From the NCBI GenBank assembly GCA_049679965.1, contig JBAUGX010000111.1:1-63073 (forward strand): a stretch of DNA of 63,073 nt, given 5' to 3'. Made by a program: the position numbers and the translations under genes. How positions within the stretch are numbered: the first letter of the stretch is position 1; the number at the start of each line of letters is the position of its first letter. Positions 41,831 to 50,382 of the stretch are shown here, piece by piece. Below the pieces are notes generated by a model. It saw only the letters and a program-made list of their open reading frames with translations. It had not been told where the DNA came from and made no database searches. Source of the DNA: Vicinamibacterales bacterium. Lineage in GTDB: Bacteria; Acidobacteriota; Vicinamibacteria; Vicinamibacterales; CAVVIG01.

Positions 41831-43294
41831 ATGGCTGGCCGACTCGAATTCGGGTTCAATTTCCAGACCGCCGGCAGGCCGGGCGCGCGTCGCGTGGACC
41901 CGGAGGCGCCGATGCGCCTGCTGCTCATCGGCGATTTCAGCGGCCGCGGCGAACTCGGCATCAGCGACCTCGCCTCATTCGACCGGCGACCGATCCTTCG
42001 CCTCGATTTGGACAACTTCGACCAGGTGCTCGCCAGGCTGAAGCCTTCGCTGCGGCTGGCCGTCCCCGGCGCGCCGCTCGTCGAGATGTCGATGTCCGCA
42101 CTCGATGATTTCCATCCCGACCGGTTGCTGCGTCAGCTCGAGCTGTTTCGATCGCTGCGGGACACGCGCGCGCGGCTGCAGGATCCGTCCCGGTTCGCCG
42201 AGGCCAAAGCCGAATTGGGCCTGACCGAACGGCTTCTCGGGCGCTTACCGGGCGGTGGCGAGGCGGCCGCGGCACGTGCGGCCGCCGGGGCGTCGGACAT
42301 CGATGCATTCGTCCGCGGCCTCATCGCTCCGTATGTCGTGGCCGACACCACGGCGCCGCAGCGGGCGCAGGCCACTGCCGCCGTCGACACAGCCATCGGC
42401 GAACTGCTGCGCTCGGTGCTGCACGCGCCTGCCTTCCAGACCCTCGAGGCGCAGTGGCGCGGCGTGCGCTGGCTGCTGGACAATCTCGAGATCAACGACC
42501 AGCTGCAGATCCATCTGCTCGACATCACCCGGGCCGAGCTGCTGGCCGATGCGCAGAAGATGCATGCGGATCCGCAGTCTTCGGCCCTGCGGCGGCGGCT
42601 GGCGGAGGGGCCCGCGGCTGGCGGCGACGCGACGCGCTGGTCCTCGTGCGTGGCGCTGTTCGATGTCGGCCCATCCGACGACGATCTGACGTGGTTGTCC
42701 GCACTGGGCGCCATTGGCGCGCTGGTGGGGGCGCCGACGCTGGCCACCGCCACACCTTCGCTGCTCGGCGTCGACAACATCGAGCACCTGCCCGATCCGC
42801 GCGACTGGCGGCCCTTGTCCGGCACGGCCGCCGCATATTGGCAGGCCTTGCGCCAAAGCGAGCTCGCTCGCTGGATCGGGCTGGCCACGCCGCGCCTGCT
42901 GATGCGGCAGCCGTACGGCGCCACGACCAATCCGATCGAAGGCATTTCGTTCGAGGAGTTTAGCGGCACGCCCGAACACGCCCACCTGCTATGGGCGCCA
43001 GCCGCGCTGGGTTGTGCGCTGCTGCTCGGTCGGGCGTTCCGCGAGCATGGATGGGAGATGGACCCGGGCGACGTGCAGCAGATCACCGACCTGCCGGCGT
43101 ACGTCGTGGAACGCGACGGAGAGCGGCAGCTCCAGCCTTGTGCCGAGGTGCTGATGAGCGAGCGTGCCGCGGCGGCCATCGCCGAACGAGGGATCATGGC
43201 TGTGGCCAGCTACAAGGACCGCGCGGAGGCGCGACTGGTTCGATTCCAGTCGGTCGCCGAGCCCGCGGGCGCGCTGGCGGGTCCGTGGTCGTGA
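41831..43294 (+). CDS. fused TssB(VipA)-TssC(VipB)-like sheath homologue, C-terminally short
   Basis: GGGGGAGG lies upstream of ATG 41831. TssB-like segments are RLLLIGDFSGRG, LRLDLDNFDQVLARLKP and LDDFHPDRLL. TssC-like segments are LHAPAFQTLEAQWRGVRWLL, LATPRLLMRQPYG, ISFEEF, LLWAPAALGCALLLGRAF and IAERGIMAV. Confidence 0.65.
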   Translation: MAGRLEFGFNFQTAGRPGARRVDPEAPMRLLLIGDFSGRGELGISDLASFDRRPILRLDLDNFDQVLARLKPSLRLAVPGAPLVEMSMSALDDFHPDRLLRQLELFRSLRDTRARLQDPSRFAEAKAELGLTERLLGRLPGGGEAAAARAAAGASDIDAFVRGLIAPYVVADTTAPQRAQATAAVDTAIGELLRSVLHAPAFQTLEAQWRGVRWLLDNLEINDQLQIHLLDITRAELLADAQKMHADPQSSALRRRLAEGPAAGGDATRWSSCVALFDVGPSDDDLTWLSALGAIGALVGAPTLATATPSLLGVDNIEHLPDPRDWRPLSGTAAAYWQALRQSELARWIGLATPRLLMRQPYGATTNPIEGISFEEFSGTPEHAHLLWAPAALGCALLLGRAFREHGWEMDPGDVQQITDLPAYVVERDGERQLQPCAEVLMSERAAAAIAERGIMAVASYKDRAEARLVRFQSVAEPAGALAGPWS

Positions 43295-43381
43295 TGCCAC
43301 GAATCACATTGAAGGTTGGGATGCAGGCTCGTACAATCCGCCAGTCGGCGTCTCACCACAGATGAAACGGAGGGGGCTGCC

Positions 43382-44341
43382 ATGGTGATCAATTGGAGAG
43401 CGGGCGGGTTGCTCGTCGGCGTCGTCGGCATTGTCGGGCTGGTGGGCGTGCCCATGTTGGCGCAGAACCCGCCTCCGGCACCCGCGGGTGTGCGGATGGA
43501 TATCTCCGGAGCCTGGATGGTGACCACCCAGGAAGACCAGCCCAACTACGCGCCGGGTCCCGAGCTGGGCGACTACGCGGGCCTGCCGATCAACGCCGCG
43601 GCGCGTCAGACGGCCGAAGCCTGGGACGCGACCATCCTCTCGCAACCAGAGCGGCAGACGCAGGCGCACCCGATCATCTACATCGGGAACAACCGAGGTC
43701 CTCAACGGATCCTGCCGATCCTCGATCCGGTCACCCAGGTGCAGGTCGCGTACGCCATGGCCGGCAGTTTTGGTCGTGCGGAGCGCCTTATTTGGATCGA
43801 CGGCCGGAACCACCCGTCGGATTACTCCGAGCACACGTGGGACGGCTACTCGACCGGCGAGTGGGACCAGAACGGCGCGTTCGTCATCACGACGACGCAT
43901 ATGAAGTGGGGCATCACCCGGCGTAACGGCGCGCCGACGAGCCCTTACGCCAAGATGGTTGAGCACTTCATCCGCCATGGCCTGTTCATGACGGTGAACA
44001 TCTGGATCGACGATCCGATTTTTCTCGAAGAGCCGTTCATGCGTAACTACACGGAAACCTGGAACCCGGGCGGAGCGTTGGCGGCTGGCAACGTGTTCCA
44101 GTCGGTCGACGAGCTCGGAGACAAGCCGCAGGGCTGGGTCCCGTTCTTCGCGCTCGGCACGAAGCAGACCGAGTTCGCCGAGATGCACGGTATTCCGTTC
44201 GAAGCCACGCAGGGCGGCGCCCAGACGACCTATCCCGAGTACCAGGTCAGGATCCAACAGCTGATTCGCGAGGAGGCTGCAGCGAAGGCGGCCAGGGCTG
44301 CAGCACCAGCGGCTCCGGCGCGTCGGCCGGGCGTTCGTTAA
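43382..44341 (+). CDS. secreted hypothetical protein
   Basis: GGAGGGGG lies upstream of ATG 43382. The signal peptide is MVINWRAGGLLVGVVGIVGLVGVPMLAQ. The mature part is Trp/Tyr-rich. No family recognised. Confidence 0.55.
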   Translation: MVINWRAGGLLVGVVGIVGLVGVPMLAQNPPPAPAGVRMDISGAWMVTTQEDQPNYAPGPELGDYAGLPINAAARQTAEAWDATILSQPERQTQAHPIIYIGNNRGPQRILPILDPVTQVQVAYAMAGSFGRAERLIWIDGRNHPSDYSEHTWDGYSTGEWDQNGAFVITTTHMKWGITRRNGAPTSPYAKMVEHFIRHGLFMTVNIWIDDPIFLEEPFMRNYTETWNPGGALAAGNVFQSVDELGDKPQGWVPFFALGTKQTEFAEMHGIPFEATQGGAQTTYPEYQVRIQQLIREEAAAKAARAAAPAAPARRPGVR

Positions 44342-44444
44342 CCGGCGTCTGGACTCTCACTCTCGATCGCGCTCGATCGCGGCGGCCCCTTTGCGTGCAA
44401 CGAACGGCTGAGTACGGTCGTGCCGCTCAGATCGCAGAGGTATC

Positions 44445-47400
44445 ATGTCCGACGTGCCGGACAATCGCGCCTCCGACACACTCGTTGGCAGGACGTTCGC
44501 CCACTACGAGATCGCCGCCAAGATCGGCGGCGGCGGGATGGGCATCGTCTACAAGGCGCGCGACACGAAACTCGGCCGTGTCGTCGCGCTCAAATTCCTG
44601 CCGCCGCAGTGGAGTCATGACGAGACCGCCAAGCAGCGCTTCATCCGCGAGGCGCAGGCGGCCTCGGCCACCGATCACGCCAACATCTGCACGATTCACA
44701 GCATCGAGTCCACCGACGATGGCCAGCTGTTCATCGTCATGGCGTACTACGAGGGCCAGACGCTCAAGCAGGCGCTCGAAGCCGGCGCGCTCGGTACCGA
44801 TCTAGCGCTCTTGACGGCGACGCAGGTGGCCGAGGGGCTGGCGCGAGCGCATGCGCAGGGCGTGGTGCATCGCGACATCAAGCCCGGCAACCTGATGATG
44901 ACCGAGGATGGGGTCAAGATCCTCGACTTCGGGCTCGCCAAGTTCGCCGACGCGCTGCAGTTGACGATCGTTGGCACGACGATCGGGACCGCCGCCTACA
45001 TGTCGCCCGAACAGGCCAGGGGCGAGGACGCAGACGCGCGAAGCGACATCTGGGCGCTGGGCGTGGTGCTCTACGAGATGATCGCGGGCCGCGCGCCCTT
45101 CAAGGGCAGTTACCCCGAGGCCGTGTCGTACGCGATCAGGAACGATCCGCCGCCGCCCCTGCCCGGCGTGCCCGAGGCGATCGAGCGACTGGTCCTGCGC
45201 GCGCTCCAGAAGAATCCCGATGATCGCTTCCAAAGTGCACGCGAGCTGGCGCGGGAGCTTCGAGTGCTGCAAGGGTGGACGGTCCCGCAACACCTCCAGA
45301 CGGCGCCTCTCGCGACGGTGCCGCAGCCCTCGCAGATCTCGCCCGGACTCTGGCGCCGCGTCCGCGACGGACTGACCCCAATTCGTCTCGCGACGCTGGC
45401 AGTGGCGCTCGCCGCAGTCACCGCTGGGACTTCCTGGTGGCTCACGCGGCCGATCGTGCGTCTGGCGGTCGCCGTGGCGCCGGTGAGCAATGAAACCGGC
45501 TACGCGGAGCTCGACCCATATCGTCTCGCGCTGACCGCGTCGCTCATCCGCGAGCTCGGCGACTCGCCGACCATCCGCGTCATTCCCTATGAGCGGCTCC
45601 TGGAGATCGAGCGCGGACTTGTCCTCGACGGAACGGACCCGACCAGCCGCGAGGTTCTCCAGGCCCTCACCACGCACAGCGGGGCCAGACTCGTGATCGT
45701 GCCGACCATCGTGCGCGACAACAACGGAAACTGGCGCGCGCGCGCGGACTTTCGGAGCACGGAGACGGCGACAAGCCTCGCGGCATACGAGACCGACCCT
45801 TTGACCTCATCGCTCATCAACGCCACCGCGTATGGCCTGACCTCCTCGTTGGCTGCGGGCATCGAGAGGCGATTCAAGGCGACCGAACCGTTCAAGCTGC
45901 GCGTGCTCGACACGCTCCGAAATCTGGTTGGTGACAAGAGGCCTCCGGCGACTGCGAGGTTCCGCACATTGGAGGCGGCGGCTGCGTTCGAACAGGGCCT
46001 CAAGGCGTACAGCGAGTTCGAATACGTCGTGGCCCAGCAGGCATTCAGAACCGCCGCCGAGCGGGATGCCAGGAATCCTCTGCCGTTTGCCTGGTCGAGC
46101 CGCGTCGCACAGCGGATGGGCCGGCTCGAGGATGCGAGAACGGCGGCGGATCGGGCGCTCGGACTCGTCACACCCGAGACGCCCGCCGCCGACAGCCTGT
46201 TTGTGCAGGCCGTCTCAGCGGAGTCACGCCGCGATTTCACGACGGCTGAAGCGCGCTATCGCGATCTCCTGGCGCGGTATCCCGACGAACCTGCGTGGTT
46301 GGCCGAACTGGCGGGGTTCGAAGAGCGCCAGACGCGGTATGAGGCGGCCGCCAGCCTGCACCATCAAGCGCTCGCGCTCGACGCCCACCTGATCCGCCCG
46401 CGCCTGGAGCTGTGCCGTTTGTACAGCCCGACGCTCCTGAACGAATCCGCCAGCGCCAGAGAGCAAGGCCGGCTCGCCCTCTCAGGCTACAAGGCTATCG
46501 GCGACCCCAGCGGGGAGGGGCAGGCCTTGATGTGCCTGACCGACGTGCTCCGCACCGGGGGCGACGAGGACAAACGTGAAGCGAGAGGGCACGCCGAGGC
46601 CGCGGTCGGGATCTTCGAGAAGTTGCGGTACGACTACAACGTGGCGCGCGCCTACAACTACGTGGCGCTGGCAGTCGGATCGCAAGGTGATTTCCGCCAG
46701 GCAGCGGCCCTGTGGGAACAGTCCCTCGCCTCTGCGAGAGCCGCGGGCAACACGGCGCTCGAATCGCTCGTCCTGATGAACCTCGGTACCACGTACGAAA
46801 ACCTCGGCCGCCGATCGCTCGCGGTGAATTATCGCCAGCAGAGCCTCCGGTTGTTCGAGGCCGTTGGAGACGAAAAGCGGGCGGCCGAGTACCGGGCAAA
46901 CACGGGCGCGATGCTCATCGAGTACGGCGACCCCGAGGAGGGGATGAAGAACGTGGAGACCGCGCTGGCGGTTTTCCAAAGGCTCGGAGACAAAGACTTC
47001 GAAGTGTTTTGCCTGCAGCTCAGGGCGGCGTACTACCGCTACGCGGGGCGGCAGACGGAGTCCGCGAGCGACTTGAACCGAGCGGTGAGTATCGCCACAG
47101 CGCGGGACCTGAAAGATCGGATCGCCGAATTGAACGTTGGACTCGCCCGCTCGCGATTCGATGTGAACGACTACGAGGGCACACGCAGTCTGTTGCTGAA
47201 GGCTCTCGGCGACGACCCGGCTCAGGGGAGCCTTCACGCCCGAATTCGCTTCGGACGGGTTCTGCTTCGCGAGGGAGACATCAGTGGCGCGCGGGCGTAC
47301 CTGAACCAGGCGTTGGTCGAGACCGAGAAGCGCGGCCTCCTCTCGATCCTCCCGCTGCTCCACACCACGCTCGGCGAACTGGCGTACGAGTCGGGCGACA

Positions 47401-47903
47401 TGAGCGACGCGCGGACATCCTTCCGGAAGGCCGCCGCCCTCTGGACGGCCGACGAGCTGCCCGACGCGGCCAGCGTCGAGGCGCGAGCCTATCTTGGACT
47501 GATCGACGCGCTGGTGGACGGCAGGCGCGACAGCGGCGAAAGAGCCGTTCGGTCGAGTCTCGATCAAGCCCGCAAAATGGGCCGCTTCGCGCTCGAGATG
47601 CAGTGCCGCGTGTACCTGGCCCGGATTGCGCTGCTCGCGCGCAGGGTCGAAGAGGCCGAACGCGTGTTGATCGAGATTCCAGCCGACGAGGGGCAGCGTC
47701 TTCTCGGTGCGGAGATTCAGGCGCAGGCGCACCATTGGCGCAGTGCCGCACTGACCTTGCGCGGAGACAGGGCTGGCGCCCTCGCGGAGAAGCGCATGGC
47801 GCAACAACTGGTCGAGGCTGTCCGCGCCTCGCTCGCCAGCGAGCAGTCGCGGCTCGGCTTTGCCTCGCGGCCGGACATTCAATTGATGATGGGGGGTAGA
47901 TGA
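44445..47903 (+). CDS. Ser/Thr protein kinase with TM segment, sensor-like middle domain and long TPR array
   Basis: Kinase motifs are GGGGMGIVYKARD, VALKFL, HRDIKPGNLM, DFGLAK and YMSPEQ. The TM segment is LATLAVALAAVTAGTSWWL. About 650 aa of TPR-like repeats follow. Confidence 0.9.
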   Translation: MSDVPDNRASDTLVGRTFAHYEIAAKIGGGGMGIVYKARDTKLGRVVALKFLPPQWSHDETAKQRFIREAQAASATDHANICTIHSIESTDDGQLFIVMAYYEGQTLKQALEAGALGTDLALLTATQVAEGLARAHAQGVVHRDIKPGNLMMTEDGVKILDFGLAKFADALQLTIVGTTIGTAAYMSPEQARGEDADARSDIWALGVVLYEMIAGRAPFKGSYPEAVSYAIRNDPPPPLPGVPEAIERLVLRALQKNPDDRFQSARELARELRVLQGWTVPQHLQTAPLATVPQPSQISPGLWRRVRDGLTPIRLATLAVALAAVTAGTSWWLTRPIVRLAVAVAPVSNETGYAELDPYRLALTASLIRELGDSPTIRVIPYERLLEIERGLVLDGTDPTSREVLQALTTHSGARLVIVPTIVRDNNGNWRARADFRSTETATSLAAYETDPLTSSLINATAYGLTSSLAAGIERRFKATEPFKLRVLDTLRNLVGDKRPPATARFRTLEAAAAFEQGLKAYSEFEYVVAQQAFRTAAERDARNPLPFAWSSRVAQRMGRLEDARTAADRALGLVTPETPAADSLFVQAVSAESRRDFTTAEARYRDLLARYPDEPAWLAELAGFEERQTRYEAAASLHHQALALDAHLIRPRLELCRLYSPTLLNESASAREQGRLALSGYKAIGDPSGEGQALMCLTDVLRTGGDEDKREARGHAEAAVGIFEKLRYDYNVARAYNYVALAVGSQGDFRQAAALWEQSLASARAAGNTALESLVLMNLGTTYENLGRRSLAVNYRQQSLRLFEAVGDEKRAAEYRANTGAMLIEYGDPEEGMKNVETALAVFQRLGDKDFEVFCLQLRAAYYRYAGRQTESASDLNRAVSIATARDLKDRIAELNVGLARSRFDVNDYEGTRSLLLKALGDDPAQGSLHARIRFGRVLLREGDISGARAYLNQALVETEKRGLLSILPLLHTTLGELAYESGDMSDARTSFRKAAALWTADELPDAASVEARAYLGLIDALVDGRRDSGERAVRSSLDQARKMGRFALEMQCRVYLARIALLARRVEEAERVLIEIPADEGQRLLGAEIQAQAHHWRSAALTLRGDRAGALAEKRMAQQLVEAVRASLASEQSRLGFASRPDIQLMMGGR

Positions 47904-48256
47904 TGGAGTTTGACGATGATGGCTATGGGCAGTTCGGGGGCAACGGCAGCGTGGAGTGGACGATCGACGTCAAGAACCCGAAGTTTGCATGCTCGACCGA
48001 GGTGCGCCCGGAGGGTCTTCGCCAGAATGGCGCCGACGCCAACGGCCGGGCTGGCGATAATTTCACGCTCAGTCTCGAGCTTCCGGCGACGATGAACAGC
48101 CTTGACGAGTTCCGGAAGTATCTGATGACCCCGAAGAATTGGGAGGTGGAGGGCCGTGACCGCCTGACGATCAAGCTCCAGATCGAATCCCACAATCCTG
48201 ATCAGATTCGGATCAGCTGGCCAAAGGCCCGAGTCCCCCGAAAGGGCGGCGCGTAA
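47900..48256 (+). CDS. small hypothetical protein translationally coupled to the kinase
   Basis: The start forms an ATGA overlap with the kinase stop. The 118-aa product has balanced composition (MMEFDDDGYGQFGGNGSVEWTIDVKNPKF...) and the gene is visibly AT-richer than its neighbours. No family recognised. Confidence 0.5.
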   Translation: MMEFDDDGYGQFGGNGSVEWTIDVKNPKFACSTEVRPEGLRQNGADANGRAGDNFTLSLELPATMNSLDEFRKYLMTPKNWEVEGRDRLTIKLQIESHNPDQIRISWPKARVPRKGGA

Positions 48257-48277
48257 CGCCACCACCGGGCGCGCCCT

Positions 48278-49159
48278 TCACGCCCTGAACAACCGCCGGA
48301 GACGCCCCCCGATGGAAGGGGCGCTCGACTTCTCGCTGAGCGTCGCCAGGTCGGTGCGCAACTGGCGCGCCGACTGGTACCGCTCGTCGGCGCGCTTGCG
48401 CAGCAGCCGGTCAACGATGCGCTGCAGCTGGGGCGGTCGCTCGGGCGAGAACGTCACGAGGGGCTCGGGCGCCTTTTCGAGGACGTTGGTCACCGTGTCG
48501 GACGGCGACGGGCCGGCAAAGGGCAGCCTTCCCGTGGCCATTTCGTAGATCACGACACCCAGCGAAAACAGGTCGCTCCTCGGGTCGAGCGGCATCTGCA
48601 GGATGCGTTCGGGCGCCATGTAGTTGGCCGTCCCAAGCGGCCGGCCGGGTATCGTCGACCCGTCGGTCGGCATCTCCTCGCCGGCGTCCCTGAACCGCCG
48701 CGCCAGCCCGAAGTCCAGCACCTTCACGTGGCCCGACGGGCTGACGAAGACATTGCCCGGCTTGACGTCGCGGTGAACGATGCCGCGGCCGTGCGCCCCA
48801 TCGAGCGCATCGGCGATCTGCCCCGCGATGGACACGACCTGAGCCGTCTCGAGCGGTTCCCGCACCATCCGGAGCTTGAGGTTCATGCCTTCGAGCCGCT
48901 CCATGGCGATGAACCAGCGGCCCTCGTGCGCGTCGATCTCGTGGATCGTGCAGATGTGGGGGTGGTTCAGGAGCGCGATGGTCTCGGCCTCGCGCCTGAA
49001 CCGCCGGATGGCATCGGGGTCGCCGGCCACTTCGTCGGGTAAGAACTTGAGGGCCACCCGGCGCGGCAGCCGGGTGTCCTCGGCCTCGTACACCACGCCC
49101 ATGCCGCCGATGCCCAGCCTCCCGATCACGCGATAGCGCCCAAAAGTGGTGCCGACCAT
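48278..49159 (-). CDS. stand-alone Ser/Thr protein kinase (catalytic domain only)
   Basis: Kinase motifs are GIGGMGVVYEAED, VALKFL, HRDVKPGNVF, DFGLAR and YMAPER. The protein is 293 aa with no TM segment. Confidence 0.9.
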   Translation of the reverse strand: MVGTTFGRYRVIGRLGIGGMGVVYEAEDTRLPRRVALKFLPDEVAGDPDAIRRFRREAETIALLNHPHICTIHEIDAHEGRWFIAMERLEGMNLKLRMVREPLETAQVVSIAGQIADALDGAHGRGIVHRDVKPGNVFVSPSGHVKVLDFGLARRFRDAGEEMPTDGSTIPGRPLGTANYMAPERILQMPLDPRSDLFSLGVVIYEMATGRLPFAGPSPSDTVTNVLEKAPEPLVTFSPERPPQLQRIVDRLLRKRADERYQSARQLRTDLATLSEKSSAPSIGGRLRRLFRA

Positions 49160-49218
49160 GCCGACGAGGATACCGCAGGTGTTCGGTTTGGCCCCGGCTG
49201 GCGTTAATACTCAATGCA

Positions 49219-49842
49219 ATGCAAAACGGTATGATCGCGCTGGTTCAGCCGCTGATGACCGACCATGACCCGGCCCTCCTGAGCGACGAGCCCACCATCG
49301 AGCTTGTCGTCCGGGCGCAGGCCGGAGATCGCGCCGCCGTTGAAGCCCTGCTCGAACGCTGTCTGCCACCGCTCAAGCGCTGGGCGCACGGGCGGCTGCC
49401 GGCCAGCGCGCGCGGCCATCTGGACACCGGCGATCTCGTTCAGGACGCCGCATTGCACCTGGTCCGACGCATCGACCGGTTCGAGCCACAGCACGTGGGC
49501 GCGATGCAGGCGTATCTGCGCCAGTCGGTCATCAACCGGATTCGAGACGAAGTGCGCCGGATCGGAAGGGCGCCGGCGCCGATCGAGCTGCCGCCGGACC
49601 CGCCTTCCGACGACACATCCCCGCTCGAGACGGCGATCAAAGCCGAAGACTACCGGCGCTATCGCGAAGCCCTTGGCGATCTCTCGCCGAAGGACCGTGA
49701 GATGATAGTGGCGCGCATAGAGGTTCAGTGGAGCCTCGGCGAGATCGCCCATCGCTTCGGCCTGCGCACACCGGACGCCGCGCGGATGGCGGTGGCCCGT
49801 GCCCTCAAGCGACTCACCAAACGCCTGACGGACTGTCCCTGA
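49219..49842 (+). CDS. ECF-type RNA polymerase sigma factor
   Basis: Sigma2 reads ELVVRAQAGDRAAVEALLERCLPPL...DLVQDAALHLVRRIDRF. Sigma4 reads LSPKDREMIVARIEVQWSLGEIAHRFG...RALKRL. The gene is divergent from the kinase, and no anti-sigma gene is adjacent. Confidence 0.85.
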   Translation: MQNGMIALVQPLMTDHDPALLSDEPTIELVVRAQAGDRAAVEALLERCLPPLKRWAHGRLPASARGHLDTGDLVQDAALHLVRRIDRFEPQHVGAMQAYLRQSVINRIRDEVRRIGRAPAPIELPPDPPSDDTSPLETAIKAEDYRRYREALGDLSPKDREMIVARIEVQWSLGEIAHRFGLRTPDAARMAVARALKRLTKRLTDCP

Positions 49843-49855
49843 AACCATCACTGAC

Positions 49856-50311
49856 GTGCCGAACGACCGATCTATGTTTCTACAACAAGACTTTCGTGGG
49901 AGCCTGACGATGCCGGGGCCGAGCAGACCGCAGTCGAGACCAATGGACACGACAGATCTTCACCTCGCAACGCACGGATCCCACTCGAATGTCCTTCTCG
50001 TGGGACCGGAGGCCGCGACGCTCGAAGCGCTGAAAGAAATCCAGGGGTCGCTCCGCGGGCCGGTGTTCTCGTGGCCGCAGGACGGCGCGCCGTGGGCGCT
50101 ACCGCACACGCCCCCGACCCTCATCGTCCAGGACCTCGCCGTTCTCGACCAGGAGGAGCAGGAGCGGCTGCTCCGATGGATCCGGCAGGTCGGTCGTGGG
50201 CCACAGATTGTCTCCCGGTCGACCGAGCCCATCTATCCCCTCGTCGCCGAGCGGCGGTTTCTCGAAGACCTGTATTACCGTCTCAACGTCGTCTACGTCG
50301 AGTGTGGCTGA
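49856..50311 (+). CDS. degenerate sigma54-activator-like AAA+ mini-protein
   Basis: NVLLVGPEAATLE sits in place of Walker A (GESGTGKE). TLIVQDLAVLDQEEQERLLRWI sits in place of LFLDEI..L....Q..LLRVL. The ending IVSRSTEPIYPLVAERRFLEDLYYRLNVVYV is conserved. The start is uncertain. Confidence 0.5.
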   Translation: MPNDRSMFLQQDFRGSLTMPGPSRPQSRPMDTTDLHLATHGSHSNVLLVGPEAATLEALKEIQGSLRGPVFSWPQDGAPWALPHTPPTLIVQDLAVLDQEEQERLLRWIRQVGRGPQIVSRSTEPIYPLVAERRFLEDLYYRLNVVYVECG

Positions 50312-50382
50312 ACGCGTATTCTTCTAAGAGTTGAACCGGTATAGCTGGCGAGCCACAACGTGGATGCGAAGGAGGACGGGCA

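Noticed and set aside
40864-50311. A complete type VI secretion locus around the sheath-like gene.
   Set aside because: Only the fused sheath homologue is present. No Hcp, VgrG, baseplate, membrane-complex or ClpV genes are recognisable in the window.
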